A stretch of 64,000 bases of DNA. It comes from a virus. A program made the position numbers and the translations under genes. Location: the IMG/VR virus record IMGVR_UViG_3300005253_000144, positions 1-64,000 of that record, one strand, 5' to 3'. Of this stretch, positions 35,732 through 46,403 are shown one piece after another. Each line of letters opens with the position of its first letter. Within the stretch, counting starts at the first letter, position 1. Under the pieces are notes generated by a model. The model was not told the DNA's origin. It did not search any database and saw only the letters and a program-made list of their open reading frames with translations.

Positions 35732-38215
35732 TTAATCTCCGGTCCAAGGAACGAATTCCCCGCTACCAACAATTTTGAATAAGTCCTTTTCAGCAAAATG
35801 AATAATACAATGGCACACGCCGGGATGTCCAGGCGGATGCTGAATGGTTTCGTTCTTGAATACTGTTTGGTACTCAAAATTTATAGGCACTACGCCAGCG
35901 GCCTCATTAAGTGTGCAGACTGGGCAAGGATGCTCGTTGCCCGCATCGGTTTGTCCGCGTTTGCCAAGATGTCGCCACAATTTTTGGGTTAGGCTAGAGC
36001 GTTTGTATTGTTCTAGGCGCGCCTCATTTTCGGCTTTATTAATTTCGGTATTAACAATGGAAATGGCTCGGCTACTGGAAATTTTTGCGAGCGCATTTCT
36101 AGTTCGCGCAATGCTTGTGCCCACAAAATCTGCATCTCCCAAAATGTCTTCAAGAGCCGCCCCGCTACGGATTGCCTCGGCAATATCAGGCGATGCAAGC
36201 CCCGTCCTAACGCCGCTAATGATTGCGTTTTTAATGTAATAGCGCGTACCCTCATCGATGCGCCGAACCAATAATGCGGCTGAATTGTCCAATATACTCA
36301 ATGTCACTGGATTGCTCAATGAAAAGGAAATTCCCAAGAGTTGCGGCGTATCTCTTAATCCCGACTCATAAAGAGCGCGCGCAATCGACAATGCGCTATC
36401 ATAAAGCCCATGCTCAAATGCCCTGCGAAAAACCCTGATAATTTCTGCCTTGGTTGCCTCTGATGATGTCTGCCACCAAGATTCTTTCGCTAAAAGATTA
36501 TCCAGTTGTTGGCGGATTTCATCATTATGCGCGCGCAAAACCGCTAGTCCTTCTTCCTCAAAATTGGTCTGGTGGTAATTTCCATCAGTAACATCGTTCA
36601 TTTGTGACAGCCAAGAAAGTTGGATATTTTCATTGCTCATGGATGGAAAGATGCGTTGGACATTCGGGAACATCTGCTTGGTAGCGGCACGGATAAGACG
36701 CGTAAGTTGTGTATCCCCCGCATTTTCTGTTATTTGTGCCAACTGTGCATTGACCAGATTCCCCAATTCATTAATAAGTTCGGGGTGTGTGACAGGAATC
36801 GGCGTCGCCGATGTTCCGCGCCTCTTTGGCATGATTCTGGCAATTGTCCTTTTGATTGTGCCGGTCACATCACCGCGGCCGCCCTGAGTAGCTGGAACCT
36901 TTTGGTTTTCAGCGTTTTCTTCATTGCCCTGCTTGGCCAATTCATCAAACGGATTGGATTCCTGCTGATTGCCTTCATCCTCTTCTTGTTCTGGCAATTC
37001 ATCCGGGTCAAGGTCGATTGTCAGATGACCATCAGCTATTAATTGTTTGCGCCCTTCTAGTCTACTGATAAATTGCTTATCCACAGCCGTACCAAGTGCT
37101 TGTGCGCTCGTCAGCAGTCCGCGGCTACGCATCATAGTATCTTCGGAATCACTTTCAATCCAAATAAATTTTAGGCCAGTGCCTTTTAGCAATCGATTGA
37201 AATGATTGGCGGTTTTAGTGCGGATAGTGGCAAACCCATTTCGCTTGGTCTGTCTTTCGCCGCGAATAACGCCCGCTAATGTTTTTTCTCCGCTTTGCTC
37301 CGCCATTCCAATATCACTCAAGCGTAAGCCGTAGCCCGCTGCCACAATCTGGGCATATTTATGTGTGGTCTTATCCAATAATAGTTCTTGGGGAGGGCGG
37401 CCAAAAGATATAAATTTGGCGGGTATTTCGTGTTCATACAATACAGGGATTTTCATCCCGTCAATCCCACTGAAAAGCGTGCGGAATCCTTCCAGCCACT
37501 CATTGGCAGATTGCTCACTCATATCCATCAGGTCCAAGATACCCGCTTCTGGCGTGTCTAACAAAAGACCTGCATAATATGTATCACCGCGGAACAGCAT
37601 GAGGATTGCCAAATAGATTTTTTGCGGCGGAGACATTCCCCAGCCCTTTAATCTAATTTCTGGTCTCGGCGTCATGAACATACGGTCGATAGAATGTTTG
37701 GGGAAAACAACTGTTTGGGTTGGGACCCCTGGAACGGTTTGGATAACAGGGAATTCTGGAACATTTGTGGGGGCGAGCGTTGCTCCATCCACATGGTTTA
37801 CCCATAGGAGACGGCCATCTGGGTCATCGTTCTCTCGCCCCAATTCTGACAATGCGCCAAATGGTAGGTCAAGCATATCTTGACAAATTAATTCAATATA
37901 GATATCGAAATCCCCTTCTAGCTCTTGGAATAAGTCCTTATGGTGTTGTATATCCGTCTTTTTCCGAATGGCGTCGTCAGTCTCATCATCATCGGATTCT
38001 TCTGGCACGATATCCCATTCCAGACTTAATAGATTGGCGATTAATGTATCGCGGCATACCTCGGCAATGGGTTGCTGGCGAACGACCAATCGCCATTGCT
38101 CTCCAGTTAAATAACTTGGGAAGCCCCATGTCTGTGTTAACCTAGACAGATAGGGCTTAATTTTAACAGCGCGCTCCCCCTTATTTTTCATTGGAGAAGA
38201 AGATTTCTTTGCCAT
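35732..38215 (-). CDS. Portal protein fused to a MuF/SPP1 gp7-like head morphogenesis domain
   Basis: Follows TerL; portal-like N-terminus ('GWGMSP'); C-terminal 'RAISIVNTE...KLW...CPVC...PPGHPGVCHC'. Confidence 0.85.
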   Translation of the reverse strand: MAKKSSSPMKNKGERAVKIKPYLSRLTQTWGFPSYLTGEQWRLVVRQQPIAEVCRDTLIANLLSLEWDIVPEESDDDETDDAIRKKTDIQHHKDLFQELEGDFDIYIELICQDMLDLPFGALSELGRENDDPDGRLLWVNHVDGATLAPTNVPEFPVIQTVPGVPTQTVVFPKHSIDRMFMTPRPEIRLKGWGMSPPQKIYLAILMLFRGDTYYAGLLLDTPEAGILDLMDMSEQSANEWLEGFRTLFSGIDGMKIPVLYEHEIPAKFISFGRPPQELLLDKTTHKYAQIVAAGYGLRLSDIGMAEQSGEKTLAGVIRGERQTKRNGFATIRTKTANHFNRLLKGTGLKFIWIESDSEDTMMRSRGLLTSAQALGTAVDKQFISRLEGRKQLIADGHLTIDLDPDELPEQEEDEGNQQESNPFDELAKQGNEENAENQKVPATQGGRGDVTGTIKRTIARIMPKRRGTSATPIPVTHPELINELGNLVNAQLAQITENAGDTQLTRLIRAATKQMFPNVQRIFPSMSNENIQLSWLSQMNDVTDGNYHQTNFEEEGLAVLRAHNDEIRQQLDNLLAKESWWQTSSEATKAEIIRVFRRAFEHGLYDSALSIARALYESGLRDTPQLLGISFSLSNPVTLSILDNSAALLVRRIDEGTRYYIKNAIISGVRTGLASPDIAEAIRSGAALEDILGDADFVGTSIARTRNALAKISSSRAISIVNTEINKAENEARLEQYKRSSLTQKLWRHLGKRGQTDAGNEHPCPVCTLNEAAGVVPINFEYQTVFKNETIQHPPGHPGVCHCIIHFAEKDLFKIVGSGEFVPWTGD

Positions 38216-38284
38216 ACCTAATTACTACACTATAGCATAATTGTATGCGTATTATATAACAATAACCTTTTCACCATTCAGGGA

Positions 38285-39907
38285 TTATACCGATACAAAT
38301 TTCGATTCCCTGAATCTGGTTTCTTCGCCCGTTATGAGCTTGTATGCGCCAGACAAACTATCTACTTGGTCATCATGGCCACCAAATGGAAACCCCGCCA
38401 ATTCATTCAGCCATTCTCTGTTCCATATAGCTTTAAGAACCAATAGATTGCCAGCATTGAATTGACCTGCTATCGGAGTTGCGCGAACAGCTTTTTTGCC
38501 CGTTGGACTATCACCATCAACATCAAATCCCTGCAACAAAATTATATAGCCGTGAATTAGGGTTTTACCTGCTGCCCCGCCTTCCTGTTCAATTCTTATA
38601 GGAACTTTCGCGGTATCCAATATTGCTGTATCATATATTAGGTCGGCCACCCCTTCCGGGTCTAATCTGCGCCGAATAACATCCAGCACGTAGGGACGGA
38701 ATATTATTTTTCCAATCGCATTAACTTTGTCGGTTCTATATAATGCCATTAATGTCCCAACAGTGTAATCCGGATTGCGGCTAAACATTTCCTCTTCGGT
38801 GGCTGCCAAATCCCAATAACGCACATACCAAACGCCTTTCCCAAAACCCAAGGAAAGTAATTCGCCAGTATCGGGATGTAAAGTGCCAACAGCTTCTGGA
38901 AGTGAATCAACATAATTAACATTGCCAATCTTAAACATTTGCCCCTTTGGTTTTGTGGGTCGCTGTTGATATTCAGCCAAGAAAACCCGCGGAGCGTCTT
39001 TCTCTATCTCACGTAGGTATTCATAGGAATACCGTGAAGGGGCTAGAGCTTCACCAGGCTCACGTCCCAAAATATCTGGTAAGATTCCCAATTTCTCATC
39101 TGGTTCTTCCGCGATAGCCGCATATGAAAGGACTTTCCATCTCCCGCCCTCCTCAACCCTTCCTTCGCTGGCCAATATCTGTCCGCCCAAATCTTCCTCA
39201 TGCCAGCGGGTCATCATAAGGATTATAGAACCTTCCTCCCACATTCTAGTTTTGAATGTGCCTTTCCACCATTGCCAAGCATTTTCGCGAATAACGTCAG
39301 ATTGAGCCGCAGCCCAATTTTCAATTGGGTCATCAATTATTCCTAAACCAAAGCCATGCCCAGTTATGGGACCATCCAATCCCGCTGATATAACGTATCC
39401 CTTATGATTTGCAACGTGCCAATCCTTCATGCGCCAATTTTCTTTATCAGGCATCATGTGTGGAAATACCTGTTTGTATTGCGGCGTTAAAAAAACATCG
39501 CGCGCCATCCTTGAATTGCGTTTCGCAAGTGTGTCCCCGTAAGATATTAATGCGATAGGCATATCTGGTCGTTTTGCTAACCAAAAAGGTGGTAGACGTA
39601 CTGAAACCAGCTCGGATTTTCCATGTTGGGGTGGCGCGAATAACATAAGGTGGCGGGTTTCACCAGCAACTACTTTATCAAGATTTTCGCAAATGTGTGC
39701 GTGGAACTTTTCTGTCTTATAGCGCAGATAGGTATGTTCTGTAAAATCTATCAGGTTTTCGCGGGCAAGCACTACCTTCTTTGAATCTGGACCAGAAAGC
39801 TTTTCGCCCTCTAACGGTTCTATAAAATGCTCTGTAACAGCCTTGACAAGATGTGGATTGTGGTCATGAAAACCCCCCTTGGGCACGGTCGGCGTTTTAA
39901 CTACCAT
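38285..39907 (-). CDS. terL: Terminase large subunit
   Basis: Walker A 'PPQHGKSE', Walker B 'IIDDP', 'MTRWHEEDL', nuclease 'YWDLA', 'HDDQVD'. Confidence 0.95.
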   Translation of the reverse strand: MVVKTPTVPKGGFHDHNPHLVKAVTEHFIEPLEGEKLSGPDSKKVVLARENLIDFTEHTYLRYKTEKFHAHICENLDKVVAGETRHLMLFAPPQHGKSELVSVRLPPFWLAKRPDMPIALISYGDTLAKRNSRMARDVFLTPQYKQVFPHMMPDKENWRMKDWHVANHKGYVISAGLDGPITGHGFGLGIIDDPIENWAAAQSDVIRENAWQWWKGTFKTRMWEEGSIILMMTRWHEEDLGGQILASEGRVEEGGRWKVLSYAAIAEEPDEKLGILPDILGREPGEALAPSRYSYEYLREIEKDAPRVFLAEYQQRPTKPKGQMFKIGNVNYVDSLPEAVGTLHPDTGELLSLGFGKGVWYVRYWDLAATEEEMFSRNPDYTVGTLMALYRTDKVNAIGKIIFRPYVLDVIRRRLDPEGVADLIYDTAILDTAKVPIRIEQEGGAAGKTLIHGYIILLQGFDVDGDSPTGKKAVRATPIAGQFNAGNLLVLKAIWNREWLNELAGFPFGGHDDQVDSLSGAYKLITGEETRFRESKFVSV

Positions 39908-40653
39908 TAAATATCGTTGGTCCCATCCCCAATCAATGTGTTTTCAGCGGCTGGAAAATAGCTACGGATACGATTAATATATGCTTTCCTATCCTGAGGA
40001 TTGGGGATAAATATAAACGCGGCCTGCTGCAAGAAAACCATCACTTCAATGACCTCGCTAACTGGCACATTTTGTAGGTTCTCTCTTGCCCATTTCTTTT
40101 GGGTATCTGAATTTTTCCTCATGAATTCTGTCACCTGCAAGATTTGTAACCATAGGTTGTGTTCCCGATTCGAATCCTCAAGCAATGACCGAATCTCCCA
40201 CAACGCCTCCTTTGCAGTAAGGATGCCCTTATCCCCTTGCCCCACATATTTTATTGCACGGTTAACCTGTTTTAAAACCGCTGCAACATCAACCCCTTCA
40301 TGTTTCAAATCGTCCAATTTAAGTACTAATTGTTCCCACCTTGCACCCATTGCGGCCTGCTGCTCCACCATTTCCCAAATAGTGCTGTTCCCCATGATGC
40401 GATTAAATGCCGCTTCAATTTTTCTGGCAATGGAAAACTTTGAGCCGGGCGGACGACCGCCACGCGCGCCATGCATCCGGCAAACTTTATATCCTTCTAC
40501 CGGTCTATTCTTACAACGTCTATCGGTTTTACATTCAGGACATTTCCAGGTCTTATCCCCCTTGGTAAATCGATGTTTACAGTTTGAGCATTTCTTTTTT
40601 CTTGCCTTGCACCTAGCCTTTTCAGCCGCGGCCTTTTCATCAGCTTTAGTCAT
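39907..40653 (-). CDS. Terminase small subunit (Zn finger, HGGxSTG-like)
   Basis: Coupled upstream of terL; 'RCKN...VCRMHGA'. Confidence 0.7.
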   Translation of the reverse strand: MTKADEKAAAEKARCKARKKKCSNCKHRFTKGDKTWKCPECKTDRRCKNRPVEGYKVCRMHGARGGRPPGSKFSIARKIEAAFNRIMGNSTIWEMVEQQAAMGARWEQLVLKLDDLKHEGVDVAAVLKQVNRAIKYVGQGDKGILTAKEALWEIRSLLEDSNREHNLWLQILQVTEFMRKNSDTQKKWARENLQNVPVSEVIEVMVFLQQAAFIFIPNPQDRKAYINRIRSYFPAAENTLIGDGTNDI

Positions 40654-40793
40654 TTATCACCCTTCCCTGCATCATATTATATTGTATTTGTGTATGGGGC
40701 GTGGCGGGATAGCGGTGCCTATTGCGCGCAACCTCTGCCTCTTTATTCATGGTTTGCGGCATTTATTTTCTGCTTTTATGAATAGCTAATACG

Positions 40794-41165
40794 GTGAATG
40801 ATATAATATCATATATGTCTGAGATAAACGAGCGCGCCATAGTGATATTCTTGCTCAATCAGATGGGGTTCAAATCTGCCGATGAACGCAATTATAAGCG
40901 GCCTTATTACCAGTTGACAGGCGGCAAAATCATCTTATTTGCTGTGAAAAGCGAACCTGGGTTTTACTTTTTTCCTTTCAGCGACATAAAACATGCGTGG
41001 ATGGTAATGAAGAGTTTGGGTAATGATGAAGATGCGCAAGATAAATTTGAGGGTTATTTTGTATATAACCAACTGGACATCATAGATATTACGCCACGCC
41101 ATATTTGCATCGCCGCCGTAAAAGCACTTGCTGATGATGAGCAGTGCAAGGAGTGGGGATTGTGA
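40794..41165 (+). CDS. Phage protein, ABA-sandwich-like (paralog of 53720..54001 and 52679..53170)
   Basis: 'PFSDIKHAWMV...ICIAAVKAL'. Confidence 0.6.
   Translation: MNDIISYMSEINERAIVIFLLNQMGFKSADERNYKRPYYQLTGGKIILFAVKSEPGFYFFPFSDIKHAWMVMKSLGNDEDAQDKFEGYFVYNQLDIIDITPRHICIAAVKALADDEQCKEWGL
41106..41165 (+). repeat. 60 bp perfect repeat, inverted copy at 53720-53779
   Basis: tgcatcgccgccgtaaaagcacttgctgatgatgagcagtgcaaggagtggggattgtga matches the reverse complement of 53720-53779 exactly. Confidence 0.95.
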
Positions 41166-41836
41166 GCGAACAAGAACTAGCAAAGCATGTTGTGGCATGG
41201 CTTGAAGAGCAGCACTGGGATGTTTATCAAGAAGTACAGATTTTTAGGGGCGGGAAAGTAGCAGATATTATTGCCGTAAGAGGCAGTTTGTTATGGGTTA
41301 TTGAATGTAAAAAATCTTTATCATTAGCAGTTATGGAGCAGGCTTCTTATTGGCGTACTCATTATCGCTCTGTTGCAGTACCCAGACAAAAAAATGAAAT
41401 GCGAAGAGTGGGAATTGGTGTGGCGAAAAATTATTACCAGATTGGTGTGCTCACAGTAGGTGAAGGCTATTTTGATTTTGGGGTTGATGAAATTGTTTCT
41501 GCACCCCTAAAAAGGGAATTTCATAGATTTGCAAAAGATATTCAGAAATGTTTATTGCCGGAACATAAAACATATGCAATGGCAGGCTCAAACGATGGCG
41601 GACATTACACGCCTTATAAACGAACTATGGATGCTGTGAAAAGCTTTATTGAGAAAAACCCTGGTTGCACATTAAAGGAAATAATTGATTCCATTGGCAA
41701 AGGACATTATGCAAATAGTCAATCTGCAAGAGGGACTATCAGGGTAGCCCTATCAAACTGGGAAAGCGATTGGTGCCATATAGAGATAGCTACAAAGCCC
41801 TATAAATATTTTCTTGTTAGCAGCGCAAGGGATTGA
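41162..41836 (+). CDS. PD-(D/E)XK nuclease-like protein
   Basis: 'YQEV...ADII...VIECKKS'; GTG start overlapping the upstream stop. Confidence 0.65.
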   Translation: MSEQELAKHVVAWLEEQHWDVYQEVQIFRGGKVADIIAVRGSLLWVIECKKSLSLAVMEQASYWRTHYRSVAVPRQKNEMRRVGIGVAKNYYQIGVLTVGEGYFDFGVDEIVSAPLKREFHRFAKDIQKCLLPEHKTYAMAGSNDGGHYTPYKRTMDAVKSFIEKNPGCTLKEIIDSIGKGHYANSQSARGTIRVALSNWESDWCHIEIATKPYKYFLVSSARD

Positions 41837-42618
41837 GGATTATGAGTTTTCCAAAAGATTTAATTAGAGAACATCCAGGTCTAGGGGATTGGAACATTTT
41901 ACATGCCTATAGGGGTTCAATAGCTCATGGAATGTATATTCCTAAAAACGACCCTATTTCAATTGATGATAAGGACACGATGGGGATTTGCGTTCCCCCA
42001 AAAGAATATTTCATCGGTACGAAAAGGTTTGCAAATAGGGGCACAAAAGAAATCAAGCGGGATGAATGGGATATTGTCATCTATGAAATCCGCAAGGCAA
42101 TCAGCTTGCTCACGAAGGGAAATCCCAATATGCTATCACTATTATGGGTTACCCCTCAATATTATATAAATATCACTTGGGCAGGACAACTCTTGATTGA
42201 TAATCGCGACCTGTTTTCTGGCAGGCATGTTTATAAATCATTCGCCGGGTATGCCAGCGGGCAACTTAAAAGGATGACCAAGGGGAATCGGCAGGGGCAT
42301 ATGGGAGAAAAGCGTAAAGAGCTAATCGAACAATTTGGATATGACACGAAAAACGCTGCGCACTTAATGCGGTTATTGAGGATGGGTATTGAATTCTTAT
42401 CAACCGGCGAACTCAACATTGAAAGGCATGACGCCAAAGAACTATTAGAAATCAAGCGCGGGGAATGGTCTCTTGTAAAAGTTAAGCGAGAGGCAGAATT
42501 GCTTTTCTCGGACCACAGGCAAGCATTGATAAATTCCCCATTGCCCCTAGCTCCTGATAAGGAAGCCATTAATGCCCTTTGTATGGCCGTGGTTGAACTA
42601 GCACACAAAGGGCACTAG
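41833..42618 (+). CDS. Pol-beta superfamily nucleotidyltransferase (RlaP/YcgL-like)
   Basis: 'RGSIAHG', 'DDKD', 'NPNMLSLL', 'GYDTKNAAHLMRLL'. Confidence 0.85.
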   Translation: MRIMSFPKDLIREHPGLGDWNILHAYRGSIAHGMYIPKNDPISIDDKDTMGICVPPKEYFIGTKRFANRGTKEIKRDEWDIVIYEIRKAISLLTKGNPNMLSLLWVTPQYYINITWAGQLLIDNRDLFSGRHVYKSFAGYASGQLKRMTKGNRQGHMGEKRKELIEQFGYDTKNAAHLMRLLRMGIEFLSTGELNIERHDAKELLEIKRGEWSLVKVKREAELLFSDHRQALINSPLPLAPDKEAINALCMAVVELAHKGH

Positions 42619-42630
42619 AAGGACGGTGAT

Positions 42631-43362
42631 ATGAGACCAACACTTGCGCAGGGCAGATTGTTAAGATTGATGAGGGATAATCCAGAGGTTTATTTGCAGC
42701 GTAGTCAATATGGCAAAACAATACAATTCTCCATTGCGGGGAATTACAAAATGCGCAAGAAGATTCGTAGACAAACCGGGGAGGCATTAGAAAAGGCGGG
42801 GTTTATAGAAGAGTGGTCTGGCGGCAGAACGTGGGAGAATGGATATAAAATAAGTGCGCTTGGAAAGAGCGCAATCGAAAATTGGAAGGATATTGACTTT
42901 GAGGGCGACAAACACGGTGAGGCAAAACTGAGCCACCGCCAAGTATTTAGTGCTCTGTTGATAGCATTCTCTGAAAAACACCCTGGATGGCCAAGAAGAT
43001 ATATTTGCATTCCTGAATTGGTAAGCGACCAAATTGATAGGCGTATCGATTTATTTGTAATGGATTGCTGGAAACCATATGTGAAAAGCAGTTATGAAAT
43101 CAAGGTGAACAGGTCTGATTTCATAAAAGAAATGAAGTCGCCAGAGAAGAGACAGTTTGCCTTATCCATAAGCAACCGTTTTTATTTCGCCACGCCAGAG
43201 GGACTAATTTCGCCAGATGAACTTCCAATAGAGGCGGGTCTAATAGAGGTAGCAGATGACAACACCATTTCAACTGTTGTAGAAGCCCCCTACAGGGATG
43301 CCATTCCGCCAACCTGGGGGCTAATAACAAAGATATTCAGGTCAATGAATGGTGACAAATGA
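42631..43362 (+). CDS. MmcB-like PD-(D/E)XK protein with N-terminal winged-helix-like region
   Basis: 'RRIDL...YEIKVNRSDF...NRFYFATPEGLI...ELP..AGLIEV'. Confidence 0.75.
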   Translation: MRPTLAQGRLLRLMRDNPEVYLQRSQYGKTIQFSIAGNYKMRKKIRRQTGEALEKAGFIEEWSGGRTWENGYKISALGKSAIENWKDIDFEGDKHGEAKLSHRQVFSALLIAFSEKHPGWPRRYICIPELVSDQIDRRIDLFVMDCWKPYVKSSYEIKVNRSDFIKEMKSPEKRQFALSISNRFYFATPEGLISPDELPIEAGLIEVADDNTISTVVEAPYRDAIPPTWGLITKIFRSMNGDK

Positions 43363-43735
43363 GAAGGCCGCTAAATCCCCCCCTCACAATGGTCTAATAA
43401 TGAGAAGCGATGGGCGCGATAGGTATAAGTCCGAGGTTTCTGCAATTGTCTTTAGTTATCGTCAAGCTCTTGGAAGAAAGAAAATAGGGAAACAATCATA
43501 TGAACTTTCATTTCGGGACTTCGCCGCTATTCTCAACACAACTCTTAATCCCCTAGGAATGAAATGTAGCCATACGACGATATCAAATTGGGAGAACCAA
43601 ATTCACCTTCCGACATGGCATATTATGTACTCTCTGTCTCAACATGCACCGATTGGTATTATTAGGGACTTTGCATTAGAGGTGTTTGGAGTCCTTCTAA
43701 GAAGACGTATGCATATAAAAGAAGAAAGGGAATAA
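43349..43735 (+). CDS. Xre-like HTH DNA-binding protein
   Basis: 'LSFRDFAAIL...CSHTTISNWEN'. Confidence 0.65.
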   Translation: MVTNEKAAKSPPHNGLIMRSDGRDRYKSEVSAIVFSYRQALGRKKIGKQSYELSFRDFAAILNTTLNPLGMKCSHTTISNWENQIHLPTWHIMYSLSQHAPIGIIRDFALEVFGVLLRRRMHIKEERE

Positions 43736-43820
43736 ATTGAGTTAAATAAACGAACTCCCTAGCTCGCGGAGGAAGTTCGTTTAAACATAGGTTGGGTAAC
43801 TAACACTATTATTAGAATAC

Positions 43821-43852
43821 AAAAAAGGCCTCCCGGATTTCGGGAGGCCTTT
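43821..43852. terminator. Intrinsic terminator between convergent genes
   Basis: AAAAAAGGCCTCCCG-gattt-CGGGAGGCCTTT; a second hairpin lies at 43747-43783. Confidence 0.85.
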
Positions 43853-43890
43853 CACCTTATACAAGATTGATTAGATTTGGAGCCGCGGGG

Positions 43891-44535
43891 TTATTGTGTG
43901 CAGCTTAACGGGTATTTCAAAAATAGGTCTTCACAATCCGGTACTGATGTTTGGTCAACGCGCACGAAAAAGCCTGCCCCATACTCACCGGCGATTTCAT
44001 ACAAATGCATTGCACCATCACCGCGCCAACGACCAGGGAATTCCTTTTCATATATAACCGGGTCAGTGTCGGGAACGGCAATTGAGCCTTGAGCATTAGC
44101 AGCGTCATTGAAAACTTGGTCGTAACTGATGGCATTATATGAGTTGTAAACTACAATAACTTCGTCAGCACCAATAGTTTTCGCTGTGGGCACAAAGATG
44201 GGGAATCCGTTTGCGTTTATACCGACAAGTTCATATACGAACAAGTCTTGTTCAGCCTTTAGGTATAAGACGCCCCATTCTGCCGGGCAAGTATCCCAGG
44301 ACATGCCTTCAACATCTTCCGGCCAGCCAGGTGGACAGGGGCTTTCTGTAGCGGTGGGTTCTGGAAGTGCCTCGGTAGGCGCGGCGGCTACAGCAGGGTC
44401 TACGGGTAGGGCTGGTGCGGGTGCCTCCGTAGCTTCATCGGCTTGGCCTCTCCAGCCACAGGCAGTCAAAAATAATCCCAAGATAAGCAGGGCTAAAAAG
44501 GTAGCGATTTTCTTTGGTCCAAATATCCTCTTCAT
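43891..44535 (-). CDS. Lipoprotein with Pro/Thr/Ala linker
   Basis: Signal peptide with lipobox LTAC; 'APTEALPEPTATESP'; RBS AAGGAG. Confidence 0.8.
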   Translation of the reverse strand: MKRIFGPKKIATFLALLILGLFLTACGWRGQADEATEAPAPALPVDPAVAAAPTEALPEPTATESPCPPGWPEDVEGMSWDTCPAEWGVLYLKAEQDLFVYELVGINANGFPIFVPTAKTIGADEVIVVYNSYNAISYDQVFNDAANAQGSIAVPDTDPVIYEKEFPGRWRGDGAMHLYEIAGEYGAGFFVRVDQTSVPDCEDLFLKYPLSCTQ

Positions 44536-44589
44536 GATGTTTTACTCTCCTTATGGTTAGTTGGATAAAAAAAGCTTATAATTTTCTAT

Positions 44590-45480
44590 TTAATTTTCAT
44601 TGGCAGCTCCCAAATAATCCTGCAATAGGCGGGTCCAATAATCCACCTTGTCACTATATGTCCAGCCCCCAAAGGAATAGCATCTATCAGCCAATAACGA
44701 TGCCCAGCTACAATTATAAGCAGCCATTGCCGCCCTAGTCGCATCACGTCCGGGCTGAAAGCCCTTTTCAATGGCCTGCTCAATAATTTGGTTGATTATT
44801 CTTGTCCCGCATTCGATATTCTTTGCTGGGTTTTTGAGTTGCTCGGCAGTAAGTCCACAGTTTCCGGGTGTCAGTGCCATGAGACCGATTGCGCAAGTCC
44901 CTCTTTTGGTGTCAAAATCGTTGCATTCAGCATAGTTATCACCCTGCGATTCCTGTGCAATGATACCAAGAACTATTATATCCGTGGCATAGGGATAATC
45001 ATTTCTTGCCAAAACATCATCAACTATGTATTTCCACCGTACAATTCTGCCCATCTGCCAAGCCAAAATCCTAGGCGGGTTTACAAACGTAATAACATTC
45101 TTATCCTCTGGAGGTGTGTAACGGTATTGTTTTATGGTGGGTAAGGATGCCTTTGGTTTGTTATTTGCATCATTGATATCTGGAACAGGCTTAATCGAAA
45201 AGGGCGAATTGAGAATCAGACTAACGCCATTGTTAATTGGTTTCGCAACGTCACTCCTTGTAATAACGGCTTGACGCGGATACTCAATAGCGTACGCAGG
45301 TTTAACCCTAGCAGGTCCACCGAGTACCAAATCAACGCCAGCGTTAACTGGCTTTCCGGTATCGCTTCTGGTAATAACGGCCTGACGTGGATATCCAATT
45401 GCCTGGACAGCTTGGGCATCAACGACCAAGAACATAACTGCCATAAAGACGCCCAGAAAAATATATCTAAATCTTTCCAT
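44590..45480 (-). CDS. Secreted lytic transglycosylase (SLT/GH23-like)
   Basis: N-terminal signal; duplicated 'YPRQAVITRSD' repeat; 'IIAQESQG', 'AIGLM', 'NIECG', 'AAYN'. Confidence 0.8.
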   Translation of the reverse strand: MERFRYIFLGVFMAVMFLVVDAQAVQAIGYPRQAVITRSDTGKPVNAGVDLVLGGPARVKPAYAIEYPRQAVITRSDVAKPINNGVSLILNSPFSIKPVPDINDANNKPKASLPTIKQYRYTPPEDKNVITFVNPPRILAWQMGRIVRWKYIVDDVLARNDYPYATDIIVLGIIAQESQGDNYAECNDFDTKRGTCAIGLMALTPGNCGLTAEQLKNPAKNIECGTRIINQIIEQAIEKGFQPGRDATRAAMAAYNCSWASLLADRCYSFGGWTYSDKVDYWTRLLQDYLGAANEN

Positions 45481-45832
45481 TGGAAACCAGACGTACTATT
45501 TTTTCTCCGTCATGAATTAGGCCAGCCACAGGTACTCCGATTATCGCGGTCACTAAATAGCTCACATAATCGAAAGCAACTCCTGAGCCTTCAATACCAG
45601 ACAATGTGAAGAGATTTATTTCGGTGGCCGCGGCCATCAAAAAGACAAAGACAAATACAGCGTAGTGCTCCAACTGCGCTTTGTCTTGCCTAACCAACTT
45701 GAAAACATTGATAGCGGAAAACGCAAATCCAGTAAGTAACGCGAGCGGTTCAAGTGCTTCCATGGGTATTCTCCTATAAGGGGTTTGTGGGGGATGCGCC
45801 TGACTCGGCGCAAGATATTCTATACTATACAC
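45467..45832 (-). CDS. Holin-like membrane protein
   Basis: Three hydrophobic segments, adjacent to a muralytic gene; likely start at MEALEP. Confidence 0.55.
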   Translation of the reverse strand: MYSIEYLAPSQAHPPQTPYRRIPMEALEPLALLTGFAFSAINVFKLVRQDKAQLEHYAVFVFVFLMAAATEINLFTLSGIEGSGVAFDYVSYLVTAIIGVPVAGLIHDGEKIVRLVSNGKI

Positions 45833-45851
45833 AGTTTCAGGGAAATTGCAA
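45824..45851 (-). promoter_or_regulatory. Putative sigma70 promoter
   Basis: TTGCAA-N16-TATAGT on the minus strand upstream of holin/SLT. Confidence 0.45.
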
Positions 45852-45887
45852 GTGAATTAAATTAAAGATTCCATAAATTAAAATCAC

Positions 45888-45923
45888 GGGAAGTCTGTTT
45901 GCCCGCCGCCAGACTTCCCTTTT
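45888..45923. terminator. Hairpin/terminator
   Basis: GGGAAGTCTG...CAGACTTCCC followed by TTTT. Confidence 0.6.
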
Positions 45924-45963
45924 GTTGGGTTTATATATTTTATCCTGGAAGGAAAACTTATTG

Positions 45964-46155
45964 TCATTTCCAAGATTCCCTTTTGTTATAGGGAATAAAA
46001 TATTGCAACCTGCCCTTAAATTTGTAAACTACATCAACCGATTCTCCTGTGCGGCCTTCAACAAACGCGGCCGCTTCCTCTGGAGAGCAATGTGTGATAA
46101 TCCACAAATCGCATTCAGGCAGTTCTTTCACGTTTTTAATTTCAATCAGTTTCAC
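45964..46155 (-). CDS. Hypothetical protein
   Basis: RBS GGAGG with GTG start. Confidence 0.5.
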   Translation of the reverse strand: MKLIEIKNVKELPECDLWIITHCSPEEAAAFVEGRTGESVDVVYKFKGRLQYFIPYNKRESWK

Positions 46156-46403
46156 AATTTGTTACCTCCCAACTTAGTCTCATTGTTCGTTGGGGTATTT
46201 ACCCAGTTTATAAACGGCTCTTTCTTACTGCGTTCCGGCATTCCCTGCCAACGCGCCCGACCAACCGTACCAGCCGACATGAGCCTGGGCTTGAGGTCTT
46301 TCCCTCGGTCACGCAGTTCTCTGCGAACGAGACCGGATGTCCAGGCCTCCAGGTAGTTCTCTACCAACGAGCCTTATGGGACAGGCAATTCCAGCACAAA
46401 TGC

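Noticed and set aside
40001-40789. 262 aa plus-strand ORF and the many other plus-strand ORFs opposite structural genes
   Set aside because: Antisense to well-supported genes; no recognisable motifs
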